Source: an uncultured Gammaproteobacteria bacterium (lineage in GTDB: Bacteria; Pseudomonadota; Gammaproteobacteria; Nevskiales; Nevskiaceae). From it: a stretch of 64,000 bases of DNA. Of this stretch, positions 25,985 to 35,098 are shown in pieces (positions within the stretch are counted from its first letter, which is position 1; every line of letters begins with the position of its first letter). Made by a program: the position numbers and the translations under genes. The DNA lies in the NCBI GenBank assembly GCA_963776465.1, contig CAVZMV010000002.1, forward strand, positions 1,350,498 through 1,414,497, read 5' to 3'. The notes beneath the pieces are model-generated. The model was not told the DNA's origin. It did no database searches and worked only from the letters and a program-made list of their open reading frames with translations.

Positions 25985-26050
25985 GTCGGGGCCAACGGCC
26001 CCTCCTACAATGTGTCGCCTCCACCTGTAGGAGGGGCTGTTAGCCCCGAC
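25985..26050. repeat. REP family A, two units facing each other
   Basis: GTCGGGGCCAACGGCCCCTCCTAC, an 18-nt spacer, then GTAGGAGGGGCTGTTAGCCCCGAC. It ends 2 nt before the next ATG. Confidence 0.9.
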
Positions 26051-26052
26051 CC

Positions 26053-27627
26053 ATGACCGACGCCCGCGATCCCCTCGACGAGCTCAAGCAGCGTGAAGCC
26101 CGCGCCCGCGCCATGGGCGGCGAGGACAAGGTCGCGCGGCAGCACAAGAAGCAGCGTCTCACTGCGCGCGAGCGTGTCGAGCAGCTGCTCGATCCCGATT
26201 CCTTCGACGAGCACGGCCTGCTCGCCGTCAGCGACATCCCCGAAGCGCGCGACAAGACGCCGGCCGACGGCAAGGTCTGCGGCTTCGGCGCGATCGACGC
26301 GCGCACGGTGTTCGTCGCCGCCGACGACGTGACGGTATTCGCCGGCGCCGGCGGGCGCGTCGGTACCGGCAAGCAGTTCAAGGGCATGAAGTACGCGGCC
26401 GAGCGCGGCTATCCGTGCATTCACCTGGGCGATGCCGGCGGCGCGCGCGTGCCGGACATCATGGGATCGACCGGCATGATGAGCATGGTCTATCCGATCG
26501 CCGGCGAGCCGCGCGATCGCCGCGTGCCGCTGATCACCGCGATCATGGGCGAATGCTTCGGCGGCGCTGCCTGGACCGCGTCGGTCTCCGACATCGTCAT
26601 CCAGGTCAAGGGCACGGCGATGTGCGTCGGCGGTCCTTCGATCCTGGAGATCGCCACCGGCGAGAAGACCACGCTGGAAGAGCTCGGCGGATGGGAGCTG
26701 CACGCCAAGGTGACGGGGCAGGTGGATTTGTTCGCGGAGGATGAGGCGGAGTGTTTCGCGCTCGTCAGGAAAGCGCTCGGCTATTTTCCTGTAGGAGCGG
26801 CTTTAGCCGCGAAATCGGTCGGGGCTGAAGCCCCTCCTACAAAAACCGACATCGACGTTTCTGCCCTCGTCCCCACCGACCCCCGCGCCGTCTACGACAT
26901 GCACAAGGTCGTCGACGCGATCTGCGACGAAGGCAGCGTGCTGGAGCTCAAGCCCTACTTCGACGGTAGCCTCATCACCGCGCTCGCGCGCATCGACGGG
27001 CATGTCGTTGGCGTCCTCGCCAACAACCCGAAGGTCACCGCCGGCGCGATGGGGCCGGGCGCGTGCGAGAAGGCGACGTCGTTCATCTGCATGTGCGACT
27101 CGTTCGACATCCCGCTGGTGTTCCTCCACGACACGCCGGGCTTCTTCGTAGGCAAGCGCGCGGAGGAAGGCGCGATGCCGCTCAGGATCATGAACTGGAT
27201 CCAGGCGCTGCATCACTGCACCGTGCCGCGCATCAGCGTCATCGTCCGCAAGTCCTACGGCATGGCCCACTGCAACATGTCCGGCGGCAACATGGGCAAC
27301 GACATCCTGCTCGCGTGGCCCGGCGCCGACGTCTCGTTCATGGCGCCGGCGGTGGCGGTGAACGTGGTCTACGGACGAAAGTTGAAAACGCCCCCTCCCG
27401 AACCCTCCCCCGCAAGCGGGGGAGGGGATACCAAGGAGGCGCTCATGGAGCAAATCTCCCGCGCCAACGCCCCTTGGGACGCCGCCGGCCGCAATCTCAT
27501 CGACAAGGTGATCGATCCGCGCGACACGCGCGTCGAGCTGATCCGCGCGCTGCAGCGCGCCCGCGGCGCCGACGGGCAGGGCGGCCGCAGCAAGCGCCTG
27601 CTCGCGAGCTGGCCGCGGATGGCGTGA
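26053..27627 (+). CDS. acyl-CoA carboxylase carboxyltransferase (beta) subunit
   Basis: It has the two-domain crotonase-like carboxyltransferase layout (LTARERVEQLLDP, GGARV, DTPGFFVG, IVRKSYG). It contains two in-frame repeat elements. Confidence 0.85.
   Translation: MTDARDPLDELKQREARARAMGGEDKVARQHKKQRLTARERVEQLLDPDSFDEHGLLAVSDIPEARDKTPADGKVCGFGAIDARTVFVAADDVTVFAGAGGRVGTGKQFKGMKYAAERGYPCIHLGDAGGARVPDIMGSTGMMSMVYPIAGEPRDRRVPLITAIMGECFGGAAWTASVSDIVIQVKGTAMCVGGPSILEIATGEKTTLEELGGWELHAKVTGQVDLFAEDEAECFALVRKALGYFPVGAALAAKSVGAEAPPTKTDIDVSALVPTDPRAVYDMHKVVDAICDEGSVLELKPYFDGSLITALARIDGHVVGVLANNPKVTAGAMGPGACEKATSFICMCDSFDIPLVFLHDTPGFFVGKRAEEGAMPLRIMNWIQALHHCTVPRISVIVRKSYGMAHCNMSGGNMGNDILLAWPGADVSFMAPAVAVNVVYGRKLKTPPPEPSPASGGGDTKEALMEQISRANAPWDAAGRNLIDKVIDPRDTRVELIRALQRARGADGQGGRSKRLLASWPRMA
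26791..26840. repeat. REP family A doublet inside a CDS
   Basis: GTAGGAGCGGCTTTAGCCGCGAA atc GGTCGGGGCTGAAGCCCCTCCTAC is translated as VGAALAAKSVGAEAPPT. Confidence 0.9.
27386..27428. repeat. family B GC-hairpin element inside a CDS
   Basis: AAAACGCCCCCTCCCGAACCCTCCCCCGCAAGCGGGGGAGGGGA is translated as KTPPPEPSPASGGG. Confidence 0.85.
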
Positions 27628-27633
27628 CGCCGC

Positions 27634-28344
27634 ATGTGCGGCCGCTACGCTCTCGGGCCCATGCCTGGCCCCGCCTGGGCAGACATCAAGGACGCGTTCG
27701 GTGACGAGGTGGAGGCGCAGCTCGCCAGCCTGCAGCCGCGCTTCAACATCGCGCCCACGACGCAGATCCCCGTCATCGTGCAGGACCGCAAGACGCGGCA
27801 GATGCAGGCGATGCTGGCGCGCTGGGGATTCATCCCGCATTGGTGGAAGCGCAATGCATCGGGGCCAACGGCCCCTCCTACAAACACCATCAACGCGCGT
27901 AGCGAGGACGCCGCCGACAAGCCGATGTGGCGCGACGCCTGGAAGTTCGCGCGCTGCCTGATCCCTGCGACGCACTGGTACGAGTGGCGTCACGACACCG
28001 ACACGCACCAGCCGTTCGCGATGCACCTGCAGGAGGGCAAGGTGTTTTGTTTTGCAGGTTTGTATGCGTGGTGGGACGGGCCCGCCGGCGCAATCCTCTC
28101 CGCCGCCATCCTCACGCGCGCCGCAGCACCGACGATCGTGGGCGTGCACGAGCGCATGCCGGTGGTGCTCAACGCCAACGTCTGGCGCGAATGGCTGGAC
28201 CCGGAGATGCGCGACGCCGGGCGCGTGCGCCGGCTGCTCGACGTGAGCGCCGTGATGGACGTCGTCGCCTACAAGGTGCGGCCGCTGGTGAACAGCCCGA
28301 AGAACGACGGGCCGGAATTGCTGGAGCCGATGCCAGAGCCTTAA
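27634..28344 (+). CDS. SOS-response-associated peptidase (SRAP/YedK family)
   Basis: It starts MCGRY (catalytic Cys2) and has FNIAPT, WGFIPHW, INARSE, and the HWYEW motifs. Confidence 0.9.
   Translation: MCGRYALGPMPGPAWADIKDAFGDEVEAQLASLQPRFNIAPTTQIPVIVQDRKTRQMQAMLARWGFIPHWWKRNASGPTAPPTNTINARSEDAADKPMWRDAWKFARCLIPATHWYEWRHDTDTHQPFAMHLQEGKVFCFAGLYAWWDGPAGAILSAAILTRAAAPTIVGVHERMPVVLNANVWREWLDPEMRDAGRVRRLLDVSAVMDVVAYKVRPLVNSPKNDGPELLEPMPEP
27858..27881. repeat. single REP family A unit inside a CDS
   Basis: ATCGGGGCCAACGGCCCCTCCTAC is 24 nt (8 codons), translated as ASGPTAPPT. Confidence 0.85.
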
Positions 28345-29549
28345 ACGTGCTCGCCGATGCGGTCCATGAACAGATCGCAGGTCGGCGCGTACTCCAGATG
28401 GAAATCGGCGCCCTTGTGCCCGGGATAGAACTTCGGGTCCGCCATTCCGCGCGCGTCGAGGGACGGCGTGTAGTCGTCGACGTAGGTGAGCCCCAGCTCG
28501 CGGCACATCTGCTTGAGCATCTCGTTGTACAGCGCGTAAAAACCGGTCCGTGCCTCCAGGGTCGGAAGCTCCAGCTCGCGGAACCCGCGCAGCACGGCCT
28601 CGTAATCGCCGCCGGTCGTGCCGATGTGGGCCTTGACGTAGACCTCGGCCCAGACGCTGTCCTCCAGGCACGGCGGCGACAGCGAGCACACCCGCACGTG
28701 CGCAGGATCGACGTGCGTGCAGAACAGGCGCAGGAATGCGGTGTAGCTATCCACCGACCGGCGGGCGAAGTCCGGGAACGACGATTGCGCGAGCGTCAGC
28801 TGGCGGGCCTTGACCCGGCGCTGGGTCCAGACGAAGGAACAGTCCGCCCCGCCGAACTTGATGAAGACGGGAACGCCTTCGCCGACGAGCCGGCCGCAGC
28901 CATGCTCCGCCCACTGAAGCACCCGCTGGCGGTTCCTCGAGGTGGAGCGCTCGTTCCCCAGCCCCATCGCCGAGCCGCCCAGGCAGAGCAGGTGCAGCGG
29001 CGCCGGCCACGATCCGTCGGCGGCCGTCTCGGTCCGCATGTACAGCCTGGACTGGCTGTCGCCGATCACGAAGAACGGCTTGCCGCCCAGGCCGCGGATG
29101 CGATCGAGCATCCCGGGGTCCGGATGCGACGAGAGCTGCTCTTGCGTTTCCCGGCGGTACATCTGCGCGAGAAACAGCGCCCCGCGGACCTGGCTCAAGT
29201 ATTCCCGGTTCTCGACGGGGCATCGCATCAGCGCGCTCAGGCCCTGCAACAGCTCGCCGCCCGGCGCCGGCCGCAATTCCCGGTAGCCGATCGTCAGGAA
29301 ATGGAACAGGGCTGCCGCGGACGTCATGCCGGTCTCGGCCAGATCCGCATTTGCAGCGAGATAAGCGGCTCCGGTGAAGCCACAGGCTTCCACCGCATCC
29401 GTGAACTGCTGGATCGTCAAGGGACGGATCAGCTCGAGCAGGTGCGCACGCTCAGCCGCAGTCAGCTGGTTGGTGCGAACGAGGGCGGCGAGGAGGGGGG
29501 ATCTGGGCGTCGACATCCGCGGATATGTTATCCGGGATTTTTTTCGCAA
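28341..29549 (-). CDS. hypothetical protein
   Basis: It is a 402-aa ORF with coding-like composition. FFVIGDSQSRLY weakly recalls a GDS(L) motif. An alternative start is ATG 29516. Confidence 0.5.
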   Translation of the reverse strand: MRKKSRITYPRMSTPRSPLLAALVRTNQLTAAERAHLLELIRPLTIQQFTDAVEACGFTGAAYLAANADLAETGMTSAAALFHFLTIGYRELRPAPGGELLQGLSALMRCPVENREYLSQVRGALFLAQMYRRETQEQLSSHPDPGMLDRIRGLGGKPFFVIGDSQSRLYMRTETAADGSWPAPLHLLCLGGSAMGLGNERSTSRNRQRVLQWAEHGCGRLVGEGVPVFIKFGGADCSFVWTQRRVKARQLTLAQSSFPDFARRSVDSYTAFLRLFCTHVDPAHVRVCSLSPPCLEDSVWAEVYVKAHIGTTGGDYEAVLRGFRELELPTLEARTGFYALYNEMLKQMCRELGLTYVDDYTPSLDARGMADPKFYPGHKGADFHLEYAPTCDLFMDRIGEHV

Positions 29550-29610
29550 CCTCCCGGCAAATCTCCGGTCACAGCCTTAGATCCCCCAAGAATCACGAGG
29601 CACTAAGACC

Positions 29611-30198
29611 ATGGACATCGCACAAGTGAAGGAGCTCTTGCTGCAATCGCTCGAGCACGAGATGGGCGGCGTCAAGCTCTACGAGGCCGCGGTGAAGGCA
29701 GCGCAGAACGACGAGCTGAAGGAAGAGTGGGAAAAGTACCTCTCCGAGACCCGCAACCACGTCGCCACGCTGGAGCGCGTGATCACGACCATGGGCATGG
29801 ATCCGCAGGAGCAGACGCTTGGCCGCAAGATCGTCGGCGCCACCGGCGGCGCCTTGCTCAGCGCCATCCAGACGGCGATGGAAGGCGATCCCGCCGCCGC
29901 GCAGATCGTCGCCGCCGAGTGCATCGTCCTGGCCGAGACCAAGGACCACATGGACTGGGAGCTGATCGGCGAAGTGGCCGAGCACTTCAAGGGCGAAGAG
30001 AAGAAGGCCCTGATGGAGGCCTACGACGAGATCGAGGACCAGGAAGACGAGCACCTGTACCACACGCGCGGCTGGTGCCGTGAGCTGTGGATCCAGGCGC
30101 TGGGCATGAAGGCCGTGCTGCCGCCGCCGGAAGAGCGCAAGCACGTGAAGACCGCGATCGGTGCCGCCCGCGCGGAGCAGAGCCGCAAGGCGCACTGA
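29611..30198 (+). CDS. ferritin-like domain protein
   Basis: It looks like a four-helix protein with repeated E...E/H motifs (LEHEMGG, ETKDHMDWE, DQEDEHLYH). Confidence 0.55.
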   Translation: MDIAQVKELLLQSLEHEMGGVKLYEAAVKAAQNDELKEEWEKYLSETRNHVATLERVITTMGMDPQEQTLGRKIVGATGGALLSAIQTAMEGDPAAAQIVAAECIVLAETKDHMDWELIGEVAEHFKGEEKKALMEAYDEIEDQEDEHLYHTRGWCRELWIQALGMKAVLPPPEERKHVKTAIGAARAEQSRKAH

Positions 30199-30213
30199 CG
30201 CTTGAAGCAAGTT

Positions 30214-30250
30214 CCCTCTCCCCTTGGGGGAGAGGGCCAGGGAGAGGGGT
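30214..30250. repeat. family B GC-hairpin element (intergenic)
   Basis: CCCTCTCCCCTTGGGGGAGAGGGCCAGGGAGAGGGGT. Near-identical copies are at 57777 and 32479. Confidence 0.85.
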
Positions 30251-30300
30251 GACCCTGTCCATCCAGTCAGGTTGACGCCCCGCAACCCCCGGGAATAGAA

Positions 30301-30325
30301 CTCCCCCAGGCCACGCCTGGGGGAG
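30301..30325. other. 10-bp-stem inverted repeat just upstream of ATG 30330
   Basis: CTCCCCCAGG ccacg CCTGGGGGAG. Confidence 0.4.
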
Positions 30326-30329
30326 TGCA

Positions 30330-31478
30330 GTGCCATCCAAGAACGTCGTATTCCTCATCCACGGGATCGGCCGCGAGGCCGACGACTGGTCCGCCGCCCC
30401 ACTTGCCGAGCTGCGCGCCGCCGCCGATCTCTCCGGTGCTTTCGCCGCAACGCCGCTCGACGATCAGATCCAGTTCATCCCGATCGTCTACAACGACATC
30501 TTCGACCTGGTGCTCGCGCGCTGGCACCAGCTGACGACCGATCTGCGTCAGTCCGGTCTGCTGCTGGACGCGCCGTTCGCGACGCTCACCGACGTGATCG
30601 GCGACATCTCCAAGCCCGGCAACACGATCTCCGAGTACGCCGGCGACACGATCCTGTATCTCGGCTTCCGCTTGGTGCGCAACGCCGTGCTGCTGCGCAC
30701 GATCAGCAAGATCGTCGAGGGCATCACCAAGGCGTACGACGCCTACACGCCGGGGCAGGATCGAGAGCCAAAGTTCGGCGTCGTCGCGCATTCGCTGGGC
30801 ACCACCGTCGCGCACGACGCGCTGCACCTTCTGGCCACCTTGCCGTGGAGCAACCCGCCGCCGGAAGTCGCGCACATGAAGGCGGACGTGGGCCTGCTCA
30901 ACCACGCCGGCCCGCAGGGCTCGCGCATCGCCGACGCAATCCTCAACGCGTTCAACACCAACCCGGCGGCGCCGGCGCGCTTCAAGTTCGACAGCATCTT
31001 CATGATCAGCAACACCAGCCGCCTGCTGCACACCACCGAGCTCGATCCGTATCACTCCTGCATCTACCCGGCCGAAATCGACTTCCCGCCCACCGGCGGC
31101 TATTGCAACCGCTTCTACGTCGTCGACAACCGCTACGACTTCGTCGGCCTGGGCCTCAAAGCCGTGCATTGCGACTTCCGCATCGACAACGAGCACTGGC
31201 GCCAGCACGGCATCGGCAATTCCAGGGCCGCGAGGAAGATCGAGCTGGAGCACCTGCACCAGGCCAACGCGCACGACCTGGCGCATTACCTCAAGCACCC
31301 GCTCGTCTACCGGGAGATCTTCCGACGCTTCGCGTCCACTTATGACGACGCGCACTACGACGCGATCCCGCAATTGCCGAACCTGCCGCACGGCGCGATC
31401 GAGGCCACGGCTAGCGCAGCGTGGGCCCGGCTCTTCCCGATGCTCGCCCAGAAGCTGCGGCGCGGAGACAACCCATGA
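30330..31478 (+). CDS. alpha/beta-hydrolase-like protein (lipase-type motifs), no signal peptide
   Basis: VVFLIHGIG (oxyanion HG) and VVAHSLGT (GxSxG) are present. Confidence 0.5.
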   Translation: MPSKNVVFLIHGIGREADDWSAAPLAELRAAADLSGAFAATPLDDQIQFIPIVYNDIFDLVLARWHQLTTDLRQSGLLLDAPFATLTDVIGDISKPGNTISEYAGDTILYLGFRLVRNAVLLRTISKIVEGITKAYDAYTPGQDREPKFGVVAHSLGTTVAHDALHLLATLPWSNPPPEVAHMKADVGLLNHAGPQGSRIADAILNAFNTNPAAPARFKFDSIFMISNTSRLLHTTELDPYHSCIYPAEIDFPPTGGYCNRFYVVDNRYDFVGLGLKAVHCDFRIDNEHWRQHGIGNSRAARKIELEHLHQANAHDLAHYLKHPLVYREIFRRFASTYDDAHYDAIPQLPNLPHGAIEATASAAWARLFPMLAQKLRRGDNP

Positions 31479-32431
31479 AGCATCTCGTCGCCGCCGCCGC
31501 GCTGCTGTGTCTCTCGAGCGCCGCATTCGCCAGGCCCTTCTACTGCGACGGCGATCCGGAGCCAGCCGGTCATCCGTTGAGCTTTGCCCGACTCTCGCCG
31601 CAAGCCGACGCCTGGCTCAAGAGCAAGTCCAGCGAGAACTTCGGGCGCTACGTCCGCTACGTGCGCGATCGCTTCAAGCAGGTGCAGCCGATCGACACCG
31701 AGCGCGCCGCCGCCTACACCCGGGCGCTCGACGCGCTGGCCGACGCGACCTATCCCGGCGCGCGCCTGAGCTCCTTCGAGAACAAGCTCGAGGAAGATGC
31801 GCAGGGCCACTCGATCGCGCGCGTGCAGGTGCGCAGCGACGCCGGCGACGTCTACGTGACGTTCGACGTGCCGTGCACCACGACGCCGGAGGAGCTCGCC
31901 ACCAGGGAGGCCGACAAGGCCAACATCGTCTACGCCAACGCGCTGATCGACGCCTACGTCGAGCTCGACCAGTGGAAGGACCTGCTGACCGAAACCGCAC
32001 GCCTTGCCGAGCTGCACCTCTCCCTCATCCGCGACGGCCTGCCGATGTGGCCGTGGGAGCTGTGGCTCAACGGATACAGGGCAGACGACCACATCAACAA
32101 GGAGCCGCACTCGCTGCAATGGGTCGCGCTGCGTCCCTCGGCGGGCGTCGAGCTCAGCTACCCGAGCCGCGACGACGCCGAAGCGCAGGTCCGCCTGGGC
32201 ATCGAGCCCATCGGCTTCGTCCGCTACATCGGCAAGGGCAACGACCGCTTCAAGACCTGGATCGGCGCCTCCGCCCTGATCACACTCGGCTCCGACGACG
32301 GCGCCGGCTTCGGCGGCCTGCTGCGCTACAACAACTACTGGCTCGGTGCGACCACGCACAGCGGCAAGAGCGACTTCTACCTCTTCGTCGGGTTGGATTT
32401 GTATGTAGCGGCGGAGAAGCTGAAGAAGTAA
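31475..32431 (+). CDS. secreted hypothetical protein
   Basis: ATG 31475 forms an ATGA overlap with the upstream stop. It has the signal peptide MKHLVAAAALLCLSSAAFA. Confidence 0.55.
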   Translation: MKHLVAAAALLCLSSAAFARPFYCDGDPEPAGHPLSFARLSPQADAWLKSKSSENFGRYVRYVRDRFKQVQPIDTERAAAYTRALDALADATYPGARLSSFENKLEEDAQGHSIARVQVRSDAGDVYVTFDVPCTTTPEELATREADKANIVYANALIDAYVELDQWKDLLTETARLAELHLSLIRDGLPMWPWELWLNGYRADDHINKEPHSLQWVALRPSAGVELSYPSRDDAEAQVRLGIEPIGFVRYIGKGNDRFKTWIGASALITLGSDDGAGFGGLLRYNNYWLGATTHSGKSDFYLFVGLDLYVAAEKLKK

Positions 32432-32461
32432 GACAATGTCCCCGTTTCCGGGGATACATCA

Positions 32462-33529
32462 ATGTCGATGAATTGGATCCCCTCGCCCCGCTTGCGGGGA
32501 GAGGGCCAGGGAGAGGGGGTTTTTGGAGAGGGGTGCTTCCACCTCGCTCTCTGCTTCCTCGCGATCTCTCTGAGCGCCTGCGGCTCCTCCACCGCATCCA
32601 CCCCGCTCGCCGCCGAAGCCCGCAACCTCCCCCCCAACGCCCAATTCGACACCGACGCCAACTGCCCCGCGCCGCGCTGCTTCGACGTCGAGATTCCCCT
32701 GCCGCAAGACGTGGCCGTCACCGACAACCACGTGCGCGTGATCCTGCCCACCAGCTACGGCGACGGCCGGCGCTATCCGGTGGTGTACCTGCTGCACGAC
32801 GCCGGCGGCACCTACAGGATCTGGACCGAGCGCACCGACATCCTCAAGCTCTCGCGCGCCTTCGAGGCGATCTTCGTCATGCCCGACGGCGGCCACGGCG
32901 AGAACGCGGGCTGGTACACCAACTGGCTCGACGGCTCGCGCCAGTGGGAGACCTATCACATCGACGTGATGATCCCGTTCCTGGAAAGCCACCTGGACAC
33001 GCTGGGCGACGGGCATCGCGCGGTGGCCGGCGCCTCGATGGGCGGCTTCGGATCGATGAGCTACTCCGCGCGCCATCCGGGCCTGTTCGCGGCGGCCGGC
33101 GGCATCTCCGGCGCCGTGGACCTGCTCTACCTCATGCAGCTCAGCGCCGAAGTCACCGCGCTGATCAACCCGATCATCTCAACGCCCGACGCCAGCACCT
33201 GGGGCAATCCCATCACCAACTACGCCGAATGGCAGGCGCACGATCCTGCCTCCAACATCGAAGGCCTGCGCGGCATGGAGATCTTCCTGACGAGCGCGAA
33301 TGGGTTGGTGGGCGGCGCGTATGACGATCTCACCGGACCGACGGCTGCGGGTTACTACGCGGTGGAGAACCTGACATGGCAGATGAGCAGATCGCTCGCG
33401 GCCAAGCTAGAAACTGCGGGCATCGAACACCGGACCTTCTTCTTCGGGCCGGGGTATCACGACTGGCCGTATTTCAGGGAAGAGCTGGTGTGGGTGGTGG
33501 GGCAGTTGGTGAGTGTGGTGAGACCTTGA
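32462..33529 (+). CDS. esterase-D/antigen-85-like putative esterase lipoprotein
   Basis: RYPVVYLLHD, the nucleophile motif GASMGGFG and the lipobox LSACGSS are present. The N-terminus includes a repeat element. Confidence 0.75.
   Translation: MSMNWIPSPRLRGEGQGEGVFGEGCFHLALCFLAISLSACGSSTASTPLAAEARNLPPNAQFDTDANCPAPRCFDVEIPLPQDVAVTDNHVRVILPTSYGDGRRYPVVYLLHDAGGTYRIWTERTDILKLSRAFEAIFVMPDGGHGENAGWYTNWLDGSRQWETYHIDVMIPFLESHLDTLGDGHRAVAGASMGGFGSMSYSARHPGLFAAAGGISGAVDLLYLMQLSAEVTALINPIISTPDASTWGNPITNYAEWQAHDPASNIEGLRGMEIFLTSANGLVGGAYDDLTGPTAAGYYAVENLTWQMSRSLAAKLETAGIEHRTFFFGPGYHDWPYFREELVWVVGQLVSVVRP
32479..32519. repeat. family B GC-hairpin element inside the 5' end of a CDS
   Basis: CCCCTCGCCCCGCTTGCGGGGAGAGGGCCAGGGAGAGGGGG is translated as PSPRLRGEGQGEG. 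Confidence 0.85.
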
Positions 33530-33547
33530 TACCGCGAGCAGCGCGCG

Positions 33548-35089
33548 ATGAAGAAACGCAACAACAACGGCGCTGAACAGCGACAGGCCGCCGAGGACTC
33601 GAATGTACTGAGTCGCCTCGAATCCCACCTCTGGGAAGCGGCAAACATTCTCCGAGGGCCGGTAGACGCCGCGGACTTCAAGACCTACGTCTTTCCGCTA
33701 CTGTTCTTCAAGCGCATCTCCGACGTGTACGACGAGGAATATCGCGCTGCTCTGCTAGAAGCAGGCGGCGACGAGGAATACGCACGGTTTCCGCAGAACT
33801 ACCGCTTCCAGATTCCGGTCGACTGCCATTGGGCCGATGTGCGCACCGTTACGACCAACGTCGGCCAGGCCTTGCAGAAGGCAATGCGTGGCATCGAGAA
33901 AGCCAATCCGGAGACGCTCTACGGGATCTTCGGCGACGCGCAATGGACCAACAAGGAGCGCCTGCCGGATTCACTGCTTCGCGATCTGATCGAACACTTC
34001 TCCGGTATCAATCTCGGTAACGCCTCCGCGCAAGCCGACATTCTTGGCCAATCCTACGAATACCTGATCAAGAAGTTCGCCGATCTCACGAACAAGAAGG
34101 CGGGCGAGTTCTACACGCCACGGTCAGTAGTTCGCCTGATGGTCAACATTCTGGATCCCAAGGAAGGCGAGTCTATCTACGATCCAGCCTGCGGCACCGG
34201 CGGCATGTTGCTGGAGGCTGTGCATCACGTCCGCGAGAACCATGGCGACGATCGCACTCTTTGGGGGAAGCTCTTCGGTCAGGAGAAAAACCTGACGACA
34301 TCTGCCATCGCCAGGATGAATCTCTTCCTGCACGGCGCGTCCGATTTCAAGATCGTGCGAGGCGACACCTTGCGGACGCCCGCGTTCTATCTGGGCGACA
34401 ACCTGGCGACGTTCGATTGCGTAATCGCCAATCCGCCGTTCTCCCTGGAAAAGTGGGGCGAAGAGGTGTGGAGCAGCGATCCCTTCGGGCGCAACTTCGC
34501 GGGCATGCCTTCCGACAAGAGCGGTGACTACGCCTGGGTGCAGCACATGATTAAGTCCATGGCGCCCGCTACTGGGCGCATGGCGGTCGTGCTGCCGCAT
34601 GGCGCGCTCTTTCGCATGGGGAAAGAAGGCGCCATCCGGAAGAAGATCCTTGGGATGGACTTGCTTGACGCCGTCGTGGGCATGGGTCCGAGCCTGTTCT
34701 ATGGCACGGGTCTCGCTGCCTGCATTCTTGTCTTCCGCCAGCGCAAGAAGAAGGAGCGAAAGAACAAGGTACTCATTCTCGACGCGTCGAAGGAGTTCAA
34801 AACCGGTCGGGCCCAAAACGAGCTATTGCCCGAGCACGTTGATCGCATCTACGCCTGGTATCGGGACTACAAGGATGTGGATGGCGTTGCGCGCGTCGTA
34901 ACGCTCGAAGACATCGCCGCTAATGACTTCAATCTAAACATCCCGCGCTACGTTGAGCCCAAGAGCACACAGCAAATCATTTCGGTCGACGAAGCGATGC
35001 GCCGGCTGAAAAACAGCGCGGACGCCTCGTTTGCTGCTGAGGAACATCTCATCGCAATTTTGAAGCAGGAGGGACTTCTTCGTGAGTAG
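33548..35089 (+). CDS. hsdM: Type I restriction-modification N6-adenine DNA methyltransferase subunit
   Basis: It has an HsdM N-terminal domain (LWEAANILRG), YEYLIKKFA, FYTPR, DPACGTGGML and the catalytic NPPF motif. Confidence 0.9.
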   Translation: MKKRNNNGAEQRQAAEDSNVLSRLESHLWEAANILRGPVDAADFKTYVFPLLFFKRISDVYDEEYRAALLEAGGDEEYARFPQNYRFQIPVDCHWADVRTVTTNVGQALQKAMRGIEKANPETLYGIFGDAQWTNKERLPDSLLRDLIEHFSGINLGNASAQADILGQSYEYLIKKFADLTNKKAGEFYTPRSVVRLMVNILDPKEGESIYDPACGTGGMLLEAVHHVRENHGDDRTLWGKLFGQEKNLTTSAIARMNLFLHGASDFKIVRGDTLRTPAFYLGDNLATFDCVIANPPFSLEKWGEEVWSSDPFGRNFAGMPSDKSGDYAWVQHMIKSMAPATGRMAVVLPHGALFRMGKEGAIRKKILGMDLLDAVVGMGPSLFYGTGLAACILVFRQRKKKERKNKVLILDASKEFKTGRAQNELLPEHVDRIYAWYRDYKDVDGVARVVTLEDIAANDFNLNIPRYVEPKSTQQIISVDEAMRRLKNSADASFAAEEHLIAILKQEGLLRE

Positions 35090-35098
35090 TCCAGCCGC

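Noticed and set aside
28341-28344. Overlapping convergent stop codons (TTAA shared by the SRAP gene and the 402-aa ORF).
   Set aside because: This is a real overlap but a trivial consequence of the palindromic TTAA. No functional inference is warranted.
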